Assembly: GCA_030831315.1 (NCBI GenBank)
Contig: JAURLI010000072.1
Location: 20 to 64,019, forward strand
Direction: 5' to 3'
Length of the DNA stretch: 64,000 nt
DNA from: Alphaproteobacteria bacterium
GTDB lineage: Bacteria; Pseudomonadota; Alphaproteobacteria; SMXQ01
Shown: positions 1 to 8,439 of the stretch, one piece after another
Numbering within the stretch: the stretch's first letter is position 1
How the letters are laid out: every line of letters begins with the position of its first letter
Notes under the pieces: model-generated
Told to the model about the DNA's origin: nothing
Databases searched by the model: none
Seen by the model: the letters and a program-made list of their open reading frames with translations, nothing else
Position numbers and translations under genes: made by a program

Positions 1-980
1 CTGGCGAGCATTTCCGGATGATTCTTGTAGAGGTCACGGACGAAACCCGAATCCTCGATCTCGCGCAGGAAGTGGAAGTTCCAAAGCGCCAGCGGGTGAA
101 TCTTCGCCGCATCGCCGTTCTTCTCGTCCTGCTTGAGGGCCTCCTGATAGACGTTGGAAACCGCGTCGAGGCCGGGGAACAGGTTGGGTTCCAGCACCGG
201 GGCGAGATCGTCGTAAAGGATTTCCGCCACCGCGCGGTCCAGCTTGCCTTCCTTGGTGTGCTTGTCCATCAGGATCTGCACGACCTTTTCGCGGTTCTGC
301 TTGAAATACGCGATGCCTTCCATCGTCGCCTTGAGGACGCGCTTCACGACGTCAGGATGCGTATCGACCATCTTCTTGCTGGTTGATACGGTCATGAAGA
401 ACACCATCGGCTGCGCCGGAATGTCGATGATCTTGAGACCGTTGCGATTGACGAACTCGAGCTTCGGCTGGGTAAGGAAGCAGGCGTCGATGTCGCCTTC
501 GACCAGCATCTGCTCCAGGCTCTTGCGGTTGATCTGCTTGGTGCCATCGGGCAGTTCGACGCGGGCCTCGCGCACGATCTCGACCTGGTCGGTATCGGGG
601 TTGAGGCCGTTCTGCTTGAGATAGAGCCAGGTGTTGAGCCCGGGATGGCGGCCGCGCGAGCCGAACTTGCGCTTGCGCACGTCTTCCAGCTTCTCGATCC
701 CGGTGTCGGGGCGGGTCACCAGCTTGATGTTGTTCTTGCTGACCGTCTGGCCCAGATAGACCCAGGTATCGCCGCGCGCACGCGCCGCGTAGGTGGACAC
801 GTGGTTACCGGAAACGAATTCGACCTCGCCGGTCGGCACCAGCTTGTGCGCGTCCTCGCGCCCGATGATCTTGTCGTATTCGACCGAAAGCCCGTTACGC
901 TCCCACGCACCGCACTCCTGGATGACATGCATCAGGGCGAGGTGGCTCGACGACCGGTAGGGAAAATGGATGTGGTCCAA
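1..980 (-). CDS. NMT1/THI5-like (SsuA/TauA-fold) binding-fold protein without signal peptide; 3' end runs off the window
   Basis: Absent from the ORF track because there is no stop inside the window. My reverse-strand translation reads (M)DHIHFPYRSSSHLALMHVIQECGAWERNGLSVEYDK...GNHVSTYAARARGDTWVYLGQ...LREIEDSGFVRDLYKNHPEML. It is colinear with the 46228..47214 protein (MADHIHFPYRSSSHLPFLHVVYESG...IRQIDDSGFIRDLYKNMPVTK). TTG at 980 lies 7 nt after GAGGAGA; an alternative ATG is at 1001. Confidence 0.8.
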   Translation of the reverse strand, partial: MDHIHFPYRSSSHLALMHVIQECGAWERNGLSVEYDKIIGREDAHKLVPTGEVEFVSGNHVSTYAARARGDTWVYLGQTVSKNNIKLVTRPDTGIEKLEDVRKRKFGSRGRHPGLNTWLYLKQNGLNPDTDQVEIVREARVELPDGTKQINRKSLEQMLVEGDIDACFLTQPKLEFVNRNGLKIIDIPAQPMVFFMTVSTSKKMVDTHPDVVKRVLKATMEGIAYFKQNREKVVQILMDKHTKEGKLDRAVAEILYDDLAPVLEPNLFPGLDAVSNVYQEALKQDEKNGDAAKIHPLALWNFHFLREIEDSGFVRDLYKNHPEMLA

Positions 981-1006
981 CTGGGTTCTCCTCTGCTTCA
1001 TGGCTT

Positions 1007-1030
1007 GCGGGCGGCCACCGGGCCGCCCGC
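1007..1030 (-). other. Perfect 10-bp GC hairpin (GCGGGCGGCC-ACCG-GGCCGCCCGC) between two co-directional genes
   Basis: Read directly from the sequence. It sits between the stop of the 1042..2364 gene and the start of the 1..980 gene. No U-run follows on the minus strand, so it is more likely an intercistronic stabiliser or attenuator than a full terminator. Confidence 0.5.
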
Positions 1031-1041
1031 GCCACTTTGAT

Positions 1042-2364
1042 TTACTTGCACTTTACTTCGGCAACCTCGGCGCCGTTCCCCATATAGGAGATTTCGCAGG
1101 CCATTCCCGCCTTGAGGGCGCCGCGCTTGGCTTCCTTGCCGGCGATCTCGATCTTGGTCCGGCTTCCCGAAACCTTGGACTTGATCGCCTTGCCGTTGGC
1201 CTTGTAATGCAGGACACGGCCGCCGTTCTCCACCTTTTCCAGGCTCGAGCTGACGGTGGTGATGCCGCCGCGGGCCTTGGCAAGCTTCATGAGCTCTTCA
1301 TCCGAAAGCGGCTCGCCGGGAAGGCCATGACGCACCGCCATGTCGTGCATGTAGGTGAAGATGCGCGCGTTCGGATAGGCGGTAGCGCTGATCAGTTCGG
1401 CAACGTCATCGGCGGTCTGCGGCGTGAAGTCCTCGCTGAACTGCAGCTTGGCGATCTTCAGGAATTCCGGATCGTTCGTGACCTTCATGTAAGCTGCGCG
1501 ATAAGCCGCGACGACATCCTTGGGCGACCCCGGCGGCAGTGCATACCATTTGTCGATCTGGTTGGTCTTGACCCAGAACCTGAACGCTTCCTGCGCTTCC
1601 CCCGACAGCTTGCCCTGCATCAGCGTGGGCATGGTCGGCACATTCGGGAAGGACACGCGAGGAACGATCTTGCCCCCCTCGGCCTCGCCAAGCTGGACGA
1701 AGGCATCGAATTCGCCGTTCTTGGCAAGGTCACGGTGCATCTTGATCGACGATGTGCCGAAGGCATCGACCTCTCCGCGGCGCGCCGCCATGGACAGCGC
1801 TGCGGTACCGGGATATCCGATGACGAACTTGACGTTCCAGCCAAGCGCATCCTTGCCCCACAGCATCATCTGGCCCCAGCTGCGGCTGCCGTCGATGTCG
1901 CCGATGATCACCGGCGGCTTCGACTTGTCGGTGACATTGGCGAATTTGGCCTTCCGCATGACGATGACCGAGCCGCCGCGCGCGACGCCGCCCACGTATT
2001 CGAACTTGGTCGGGTTGTATTCGACGACCGACTTGCGCAGGTTGCCCGAATCAACGTAGGAGCTCGATCCGCCGGTCCAGACGGTGCCGTCCTTCTTGGC
2101 GGTATTGGCGAAGTAATTCAGCGCCTGCACGCCGTGGCCCGCAGGCATGTTGCGGTAGAGGATCCGCGGCTTGCCCGGGAGATATTTTTCCAGGAACCGG
2201 CCGACGAGGCGGGTTGTGCCGTCGGTGCCGCCGCCGGGCGACGACCCGATCACGGCATCGAGCCGCTTGCCCTTGAAATCCACATCCGCCGCGACGGCGG
2301 GCGCGAGCGCCGTGCCGCAAAGCAGTCCGACGCTCAAAGCAATGCTGGCTGTGTTGCGAATCAT
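1042..2364 (-). CDS. TctC/Bug-family periplasmic binding protein with an extra ~85-aa C-terminal Cys-pair domain
   Basis: ORF track 1042..2565 trimmed to the ATG at 2364 (GGGAGA upstream). Signal peptide MIRNTASIALSVGLLCGTALAPAVAADV. Core motifs GSSPGGGTDGTTRLVGRFLEKYLPGKP and NMPAGHG. Paralog of 47248..48561 and 27486..28550. The C-terminal extension ends ...LKAGMACEISYMGNGAEVAEVKCK. Confidence 0.85.
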   Translation of the reverse strand: MIRNTASIALSVGLLCGTALAPAVAADVDFKGKRLDAVIGSSPGGGTDGTTRLVGRFLEKYLPGKPRILYRNMPAGHGVQALNYFANTAKKDGTVWTGGSSSYVDSGNLRKSVVEYNPTKFEYVGGVARGGSVIVMRKAKFANVTDKSKPPVIIGDIDGSRSWGQMMLWGKDALGWNVKFVIGYPGTAALSMAARRGEVDAFGTSSIKMHRDLAKNGEFDAFVQLGEAEGGKIVPRVSFPNVPTMPTLMQGKLSGEAQEAFRFWVKTNQIDKWYALPPGSPKDVVAAYRAAYMKVTNDPEFLKIAKLQFSEDFTPQTADDVAELISATAYPNARIFTYMHDMAVRHGLPGEPLSDEELMKLAKARGGITTVSSSLEKVENGGRVLHYKANGKAIKSKVSGSRTKIEIAGKEAKRGALKAGMACEISYMGNGAEVAEVKCK

Positions 2365-2656
2365 ATCAGTCTCCCATGGCTCGATCTGCCGAACGGGCGT
2401 GACGCTGCGGGGAACCGGAATGATGCTCTTGTGATTGTTTGAGGCTGTTGCCGCCTCTTGATGCCGGCTCCCTGTATCGCCCGACAATCTTCCCTGTCGA
2501 TTGTCGGCGAAAAAACCAGACAAGACAACGAAAGAGCGATCCTCGACCTCAGAAATCGGCCGCAAGGGACTGAATTATATCAGATGTCCGAAAAGACTAT
2601 CTACGCAGGAACGATGATGGGCAGCAATAAGCGGCCCGAAGCCCCCATCGCCCCCG

Positions 2657-3913
2657 TCAGGCCGCGGGCGCAGCGAAAGGCATGGCGCTGATTTCGCGGG
2701 CGACGCCCCTCAGTTCGTCCACCATCGACTGGGCGCCAGGCGAAAGCGCCGCATTGGCCCGCAGCGTCAGGCCGATGCGCCGGTCCGTGTCGGGAAGTTC
2801 CACCGGCAGGGAACGAAGCAGCCCGAAGTCCTCATCGTAATAGGCCTGATGGCGCGACAGCACGGCGATGCGATCACTCTCCATCAGGATTCCCCGCGCC
2901 ATGACCAGCGAGCTGGTCTCAATGACGTTGAGCGGCGGCGGTAGTCCGCATTCCTCAAGAACCTCGGTGAAGCGGGTGCGGCTCGGAATGCCTTCGCGTG
3001 GCAACACCCATTCGCAATCGCGAAGATCGGAAAGAGAAAGGTTTTTTCTTGCTGCGAGCGGATGACCCGCCCGCACGATCAGCGACAGCCGGTCGACGAA
3101 AAGGAATTCCTCGACCACGTCCGTCACTGGCGGCGGTTCGCGCAGCGCGCCGATAATCACATCGACATCGCCGCATCTGAGACCGGCCAACAGCGATTCG
3201 TACGGCCCGTCCACCGTCGCAACGCGCAACCGGGGGGACTTGTGCATCAGTCGGGTCACGGCGCGCGGCACCACCAATGTGCGGCACAGCGGCAGCGTTG
3301 CCACCGTGACCGTGCCGCCGCCCGTGCCGGCCAGTTGGTCGATCTCCTCGTCCGCGTTGCGCAATTCGGCAAGCGCGAGCTTGGCGCGCCTGACCAGTTC
3401 ATCCCCCGCCCATGTCGCGATCATGCCCTGCGGCGTGCGATTGAACAGCGACACGCCAATCATGCGCTCGATGTCACGAAAGGCCCGGTTCACCGCCGGC
3501 TGCGAGAGGCCGAGGCGGCGTGCCGCATAGGTGACGCTGCGGCATTCGGCGACACCGATCACGGCGCGGATTTGCCGAAAACTGACGTCACGGCTGAATC
3601 GCCACACCTGCGGGCGCCCTGACCGGGCGGTTCCGCTGGCACGAACCAATGCCGCCTCCGCCGCATCGAGATGCCCGAAGGCCTGGCGCGCGCGGCGCTC
3701 GAGGATGCGGCCATAGACAGTCGGCACCATGCCGTCGCGGCTGCGGTCGAACAACGGGTGGCCGACCTCGCTCTCTAGCCGCTTGATGGCATGGGTCACC
3801 GCCGGCTGCGACACGTTCAAAGCCGGCGAGGCACGGGCCACGCTGCGCTGGTCGACGACCGCGAGAAGCGCCCTCAGGCGACGCAGATTGGGCTCCATGA
3901 CGCGCTTTTCCAA
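2657..3913 (-). CDS. LysR-family transcriptional regulator with two tandem N-terminal HTH domains
   Basis: First HTH: LRRLRALLAVVDQRSVARASPALNVSQPAVTHAIKRLESEVGHPLFDR. Second HTH: FRQIRAVIGVAECRSVTYAARRLGLSQPAVNRAFRDIERMIGVSLFNR. A LysR effector domain follows. The TTG start at 3913 is uncertain; an ATG at 3898 is an alternative. Confidence 0.9.
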   Translation of the reverse strand: MEKRVMEPNLRRLRALLAVVDQRSVARASPALNVSQPAVTHAIKRLESEVGHPLFDRSRDGMVPTVYGRILERRARQAFGHLDAAEAALVRASGTARSGRPQVWRFSRDVSFRQIRAVIGVAECRSVTYAARRLGLSQPAVNRAFRDIERMIGVSLFNRTPQGMIATWAGDELVRRAKLALAELRNADEEIDQLAGTGGGTVTVATLPLCRTLVVPRAVTRLMHKSPRLRVATVDGPYESLLAGLRCGDVDVIIGALREPPPVTDVVEEFLFVDRLSLIVRAGHPLAARKNLSLSDLRDCEWVLPREGIPSRTRFTEVLEECGLPPPLNVIETSSLVMARGILMESDRIAVLSRHQAYYDEDFGLLRSLPVELPDTDRRIGLTLRANAALSPGAQSMVDELRGVAREISAMPFAAPAA

Positions 3914-4192
3914 ACCCGCTTCAGAAGAGAGGAAATACTCAAAATTTAATTATAGTAATATGATTTATATGGGTTTTTTCAATTTTATCGGATTCCTTAT
4001 AGCAGAAATCTATATCAGGTTCACGAAATATCATTGGACCTGCCGAGCCCCCTCCCCGACCCTTCATCCAGGCAAGCCGTCAAAGCGGCTGGCTGACAAA
4101 AACAACCGGCGGCAGCCCTCACCCTGAGGGCGCACGACCGGCAGCCGCGCGTCGCCAAACGGCCCGCGTTCAGCGCAATACAGGAGGCACTC
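3914..4192. promoter_or_regulatory. Divergent promoter/operator region between the LysR gene and tctC; strongly AT-rich core
   Basis: 279-nt intergenic spacer. The stretch around 3940-4030 (aaaatttaattatagtaatatgatttatatgggttttttcaattttatcgg...) is far more AT-rich than the surroundings. Confidence 0.5.
3998..4014. promoter_or_regulatory. Candidate LysR box: TATAG-N7-CTATA (contains T-N11-A)
   Basis: Perfect 5-bp inverted repeat, tatagcagaaatctata, in the divergent intergenic region. The T-N11-A architecture is the classical LysR recognition pattern. Confidence 0.4.
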
Positions 4193-5158
4193 ATGTCCCG
4201 TTTCTCGCTCCGCAGGCTTTCCCTGCTCGTCACCGTTTCCGCCGCAGGCGCGCTCGCCGCCAGCGGCAGTTCCTTCGCGTTCCCCGATAAGGCCGTCAAC
4301 TTCTTCGTCGGCGCGGGCGCCGGCGGCTCGACAGACGCCGGGGCGCGCATCCTCGCAAAGGCCATGGAAAAGAGCCTCAAGCAGCCGATCGTCGTGCTCA
4401 ACAAGACCGGCGGCGCCGGCTCCAAGGCGCTCGTCCTTCTCAAGAGCGAAAAAGCCGACGGCTACACGCTGGCCTTCGCCTATGCCCACCACGTCACCTT
4501 CCAGCCGCATTACCAGCGCGAAAAGTCACCCTACAAGGCGGCCGATTTCGACTACATCGGTTCGATCACTGCGCCGCGCATGAGTATCGTCGCGCTCAAC
4601 ACCGGTCCTTATGCCGACCTGAAGGAAATGGTCGCGCATTTCCGCAAGGAGAATAAGCCCTTGCGCCTGGCCTATTCCGGCGGCCCGGGCCGGCTGGTGG
4701 GCAACGCGATCTCCCGCGATCTCGGCTACCCGGTCAAGATCATCACCGAAAAGAGCGGCGGCAAGACGCTGCAGAAGCTGCTCGGTGGTCATGTCGATCT
4801 CGTCTATTCGGGCGGTGCCCATTCCAAGTACACGGAGGCCGGAAAGACCAAGGTGGTCGCCACGGTCGATGACGAAAGCGATCCCGATTACCCGAAGGCC
4901 AAGACAATGCCCCAGGTCGGCGTAAACGCGATCACGCCGACGCTGCAATTGCTGCTGGGGCCCAAGGGCATCCCTGCCGACCGCATGAAGGTTCTTTCGG
5001 ATGCCATGAAGGCCGCCCGCAAGGACGCCGAACTGACGAAGCTGTTCGAGAAGAATCTCAAGATGCACATCGACAGCAAGGATGGCGACAAGCTGCGCAG
5101 CTACATGCTCAAGTCGGAGCAGCAGTATCTGTCCCTCATCAAGTCCTACTCCAAGTAA
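4193..5158 (+). CDS. tctC: Tripartite tricarboxylate transporter substrate-binding protein TctC
   Basis: 321 aa. Signal peptide MSRFSLRRLSLLVTVSAAGALAASG, motif VGAGAGGSTDAGARILAKAME, SD caggagg upstream. tctB and tctA follow. Confidence 0.9.
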   Translation: MSRFSLRRLSLLVTVSAAGALAASGSSFAFPDKAVNFFVGAGAGGSTDAGARILAKAMEKSLKQPIVVLNKTGGAGSKALVLLKSEKADGYTLAFAYAHHVTFQPHYQREKSPYKAADFDYIGSITAPRMSIVALNTGPYADLKEMVAHFRKENKPLRLAYSGGPGRLVGNAISRDLGYPVKIITEKSGGKTLQKLLGGHVDLVYSGGAHSKYTEAGKTKVVATVDDESDPDYPKAKTMPQVGVNAITPTLQLLLGPKGIPADRMKVLSDAMKAARKDAELTKLFEKNLKMHIDSKDGDKLRSYMLKSEQQYLSLIKSYSK

Positions 5159-5197
5159 GGGTTCGTCACTCTTCATCGGTACCGGAAGCGAATCGAA

Positions 5198-5653
5198 ATG
5201 CGTAAGGCCGACATCGTTTCCGCCGGCGTAGTTGCCGTCTTCGGACTGTTCGTCCTGCTGGTCGTGATCCCCGTCTGGGTGCCCGGCCATCTGGAAGGCG
5301 GCGGCTATGGCCTGCGGGCCCAGGACTTCCCTCTGTTTACCGCGATTTCCTTCTCGCTGTTCGCGGCAGGACTGTTCGCCTACAGGGTGTTCTTCACCAA
5401 ACCCGACGAAGCCGATGAAACTCCCATCCCGCCGAAAAGCTGGCGCTTTCTTGCCATCGCCGGCGGTGTGCTGGCGGCCATCACCGTTCTTTTGGATACC
5501 GTCGGGTTCCTGGCCGGCGGCCCCGTGGCCATCGGCGCCTTCATGGTGATGATGGGCGAGCGCCGGCCGCTGCCGGTCGTCAGCCTGTCGCTGGCAGCGC
5601 CGCTCGCCGTGTGGCTGTTCTTCTGGAAATTCCTGGAGTTCCCGCTGCCTTAG
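5198..5653 (+). CDS. tctB: TTT small membrane subunit TctB
   Basis: 151 aa with four hydrophobic segments, positioned between tctC and tctA. Confidence 0.85.
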   Translation: MRKADIVSAGVVAVFGLFVLLVVIPVWVPGHLEGGGYGLRAQDFPLFTAISFSLFAAGLFAYRVFFTKPDEADETPIPPKSWRFLAIAGGVLAAITVLLDTVGFLAGGPVAIGAFMVMMGERRPLPVVSLSLAAPLAVWLFFWKFLEFPLP

Positions 5654-5683
5654 CCGCAAACCGTATCCGTCACAGGGCCATAA

Positions 5684-7204
5684 ATGGACTTTGAAACCAT
5701 CATCGCCGGCTTCGCCAGCAGTCTCACCCTGGCCAACCTGGTCTTCATCTGCCTCGGCGTCATCGTCGGCATCGTCGTCGGCGCTATCCCGGGCCTCAAC
5801 GGTCCGATGGCAATTGCCATCTGCGTCCCGCTGACCTTCGTGCTTGATCCCCTGACCGCCATCGCCTTTCTGATCGGCATCAACAAAGGCGCCAACTACG
5901 GGGGATCGGTCTCCGCCATTCTGATCAATGTTCCCGGCGCGGCGGAGGCCATGGCCACCACCTTCGATGGCTACCCGCTGGCCAGACTGGGAAAGGGTCT
6001 GAAGGCGCTCAAGATGTCGCTTTACGCATCGGTATGGGGCGACACTTTTTCTGATCTCGTTTTGATCCTCGTCGCCGCCCCCTTCGCCATCATGGCTCTC
6101 AAGATGGGGCCATCGGAACTTTTCGCCGTCCTTCTTTTTGCCCTGACCTTCATCGCGGCGCTGGTCGGCTCGTCCGCGACAAAAGGCATCATCGCCGCCA
6201 TCGCCGGTGTATTCCTGTCCACCGTGGGGCTCGACCCCGAAGCCTCGACCCCGCGCATGACATTCGGCCAGCTTGACCTTGAGGAAGGCGTTCCGCTGCT
6301 TGCGCTCATCGTCGGCATGCTGGCGCTGTCGGAAATCCTGATCCAGATCGAGGAAGGCTGGCGGACCCGCCATGCAAAGGAACCCGAACAGCGCGTCTCC
6401 GTGTTCGATGCCAAGGGCGACGACCGCCGCGTAACCTGGCCCGAATTCCGAGGCTGCCTGCGTACCATCTTCCGATCCAGCATCATCGGAACCGTCATCG
6501 GCGCGTTGCCCGGGTTGGGCTCGACGCTCGCGGGCTTCCTTGGGTACGGCGCGGCAAAGCGTGCTTCGAAAACCCCGGACGAATTCGGCAAGGGCAAGCT
6601 CGAGGGCGTGGCAGCGGCGGAAGCCGCCAACAGCGCCGTCGTCGGCGCCAACCTCATTCCGACACTGTCACTTGGGATTCCAGGAAACCTGTCGGCCGCC
6701 ATTTTGCTCGGCGCCTTGATCATTCATGGCGTCCAGCCCGGCCCGATGATCTTCGAGAGCCACGGGGAGTTGATCTACGGAATCTTTGGCGCCATGCTGG
6801 TCGCCAATTTCGCCAACCTCTTGATCGGTCATGGCGGCCTTCGGGTTTTCGCCTATATCATCAGCCTGCCCAACCGCTACATCCACCCCGTGATCGTGCT
6901 GATGTGCTTCGCCGGAACCTATCTGACCACCCAAAGCATGCTGGCAATCGGCGTCATGGTGGGATTCGCCCTACTCGGCTACATCATGCGCAAGCTCGAC
7001 TATTCCATTGTCGCCTTCATCATTGCCTTCATCATGGGACCGATGACCGAAGATGCCCTGCGCCAGACCATGGTTCTGTTCGGTGACCGGCCCACCGAAC
7101 TGCTCACCCGGCCGATCACCATGGTATTCTTCGCGCTGACGGCGTATTCCCTGTGGCGCTTCGTCGTCGGCCGAAAGCCGCAAATTCTGGCGGAGCCGAA
7201 CTGA
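5684..7204 (+). CDS. tctA: TTT large permease TctA
   Basis: 506 aa polytopic membrane protein with typical TctA stretches (GAIPGLNGPMAIAI..., IGALPGLGSTLAGFLGYG..., ANLIPTLSLGIPG). Confidence 0.9.
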   Translation: MDFETIIAGFASSLTLANLVFICLGVIVGIVVGAIPGLNGPMAIAICVPLTFVLDPLTAIAFLIGINKGANYGGSVSAILINVPGAAEAMATTFDGYPLARLGKGLKALKMSLYASVWGDTFSDLVLILVAAPFAIMALKMGPSELFAVLLFALTFIAALVGSSATKGIIAAIAGVFLSTVGLDPEASTPRMTFGQLDLEEGVPLLALIVGMLALSEILIQIEEGWRTRHAKEPEQRVSVFDAKGDDRRVTWPEFRGCLRTIFRSSIIGTVIGALPGLGSTLAGFLGYGAAKRASKTPDEFGKGKLEGVAAAEAANSAVVGANLIPTLSLGIPGNLSAAILLGALIIHGVQPGPMIFESHGELIYGIFGAMLVANFANLLIGHGGLRVFAYIISLPNRYIHPVIVLMCFAGTYLTTQSMLAIGVMVGFALLGYIMRKLDYSIVAFIIAFIMGPMTEDALRQTMVLFGDRPTELLTRPITMVFFALTAYSLWRFVVGRKPQILAEPN

Positions 7205-7278
7205 ATTTTTGAAAGCCGCCGCGGCGGCGAAACATCGCGTGACGGAAACTTGCCTGACTTATCCTTGAAGGTGTCAAC

Positions 7279-8400
7279 ATGACACAGCAGACACGGGTGC
7301 CCTGCGTGCTGATGCGAGGCGGAACCTCGAAGGGCGCGTATTTTCTCGCCTCCGACCTGCCCGCCGACCGCGCCCTGCGCGACCGGGTCATCCTGCGCAT
7401 CATGGGTTCGCCCGATCCGCGCCAGATCGACGGGCTCGGCGGCGCCGACCCGCTGACCACCAAGGTCGCCATCGTCGGGCCGTCGTCACGGCCGGATGCC
7501 GACATTGATTACCTGTTCGCCCAAGTCGTGGTCGACGAACCCACCGTCGATATCAGTCCCAACTGCGGCAACATGCTGGCGGGCGTCGGCCCCTTCGCTA
7601 TCGAGGCGGGCCTGTTCCCGGCCAATGATCCCGAAACCCGCATCCGCATCCACATGGTCAACAGCGCCAATGTCTGCGAGGTGATCCTGCAGACCCCGGG
7701 CGGCAAGGTGACTTACGACGGCGATGCCAAGATCGACGGCGTGCCCGGCACCGCCGCACCCGTGCTGACCAAGTTCCTCGACACCGCCGGCTCGACCTGC
7801 GGCGCGCTGCTGCCGACGGGCAACGTCGTGGACGAGATCGAAGGCGTGCCCTGCACCCTGATCGACAACGGCATGCCGGTCGTCGTCATGGACGCGAAGC
7901 ACTTCGGGCGCACCGGCTACGAAGACCGCGACGCCATGAACCGCGACACGGAATTGAAGGCGGCGATAGAGAAGATCCGCCTCAAGGCCGGGCCGATGAT
8001 GAATCTGGGCGACGTCACCGACAAGGTGGTACCCAAGATGTGCCTGATCGCCCCGCCGAAACACGGCGGCGTGGTCATGACCCGCTGCTTCATCCCCCAT
8101 GTCTGCCACGCCACCATCGGCGTGCTGGCGGCGGCCACCATCGCCACCGCCTGCGCCCTGCCCGGTTCCGCCGCGCAAGGTATCGCCCAGGTGAGCGAAG
8201 GCACGAACAAGCTGATGTCGATCGAACACCCGACCGGCGAAGTGACCGTGGGGCTGGAGCTGGAACCGGGCGCCAACCTTCCCGTCGTCCGCAGCGCAGC
8301 CCTTCTGCGTACCACGCGCCGCCTGATGGAAGGCTACGCCCTCCTCCCCGCCTCGATCTGGGACGGACGCGGCGAGCTTGCCCGGCAGGCCGCCGAATAG
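7279..8400 (+). CDS. PrpF-family isomerase, 4-oxalomesaconate tautomerase (GalD)-like
   Basis: 373 aa. N-terminus VPCVLMRGGTSKGAYFL and PNCGNMLAGVGPFA are hallmarks of the PrpF / methylaconitate isomerase / GalD family. The specific substrate is not determinable. Confidence 0.85.
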   Translation: MTQQTRVPCVLMRGGTSKGAYFLASDLPADRALRDRVILRIMGSPDPRQIDGLGGADPLTTKVAIVGPSSRPDADIDYLFAQVVVDEPTVDISPNCGNMLAGVGPFAIEAGLFPANDPETRIRIHMVNSANVCEVILQTPGGKVTYDGDAKIDGVPGTAAPVLTKFLDTAGSTCGALLPTGNVVDEIEGVPCTLIDNGMPVVVMDAKHFGRTGYEDRDAMNRDTELKAAIEKIRLKAGPMMNLGDVTDKVVPKMCLIAPPKHGGVVMTRCFIPHVCHATIGVLAAATIATACALPGSAAQGIAQVSEGTNKLMSIEHPTGEVTVGLELEPGANLPVVRSAALLRTTRRLMEGYALLPASIWDGRGELARQAAE

Positions 8401-8439
8401 ATTTATCCGTAAACCGCTTCAAGGGAGTGAACCCGTCAC

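Noticed and set aside
4526-6373. 615-aa ORF on the minus strand covering tctC/tctB/tctA.
   Set aside because: It is antisense to three genes with clear family signatures. Its translation is low-complexity (G/R/D/A-rich) with no recognisable motif. This is a typical high-GC shadow ORF.
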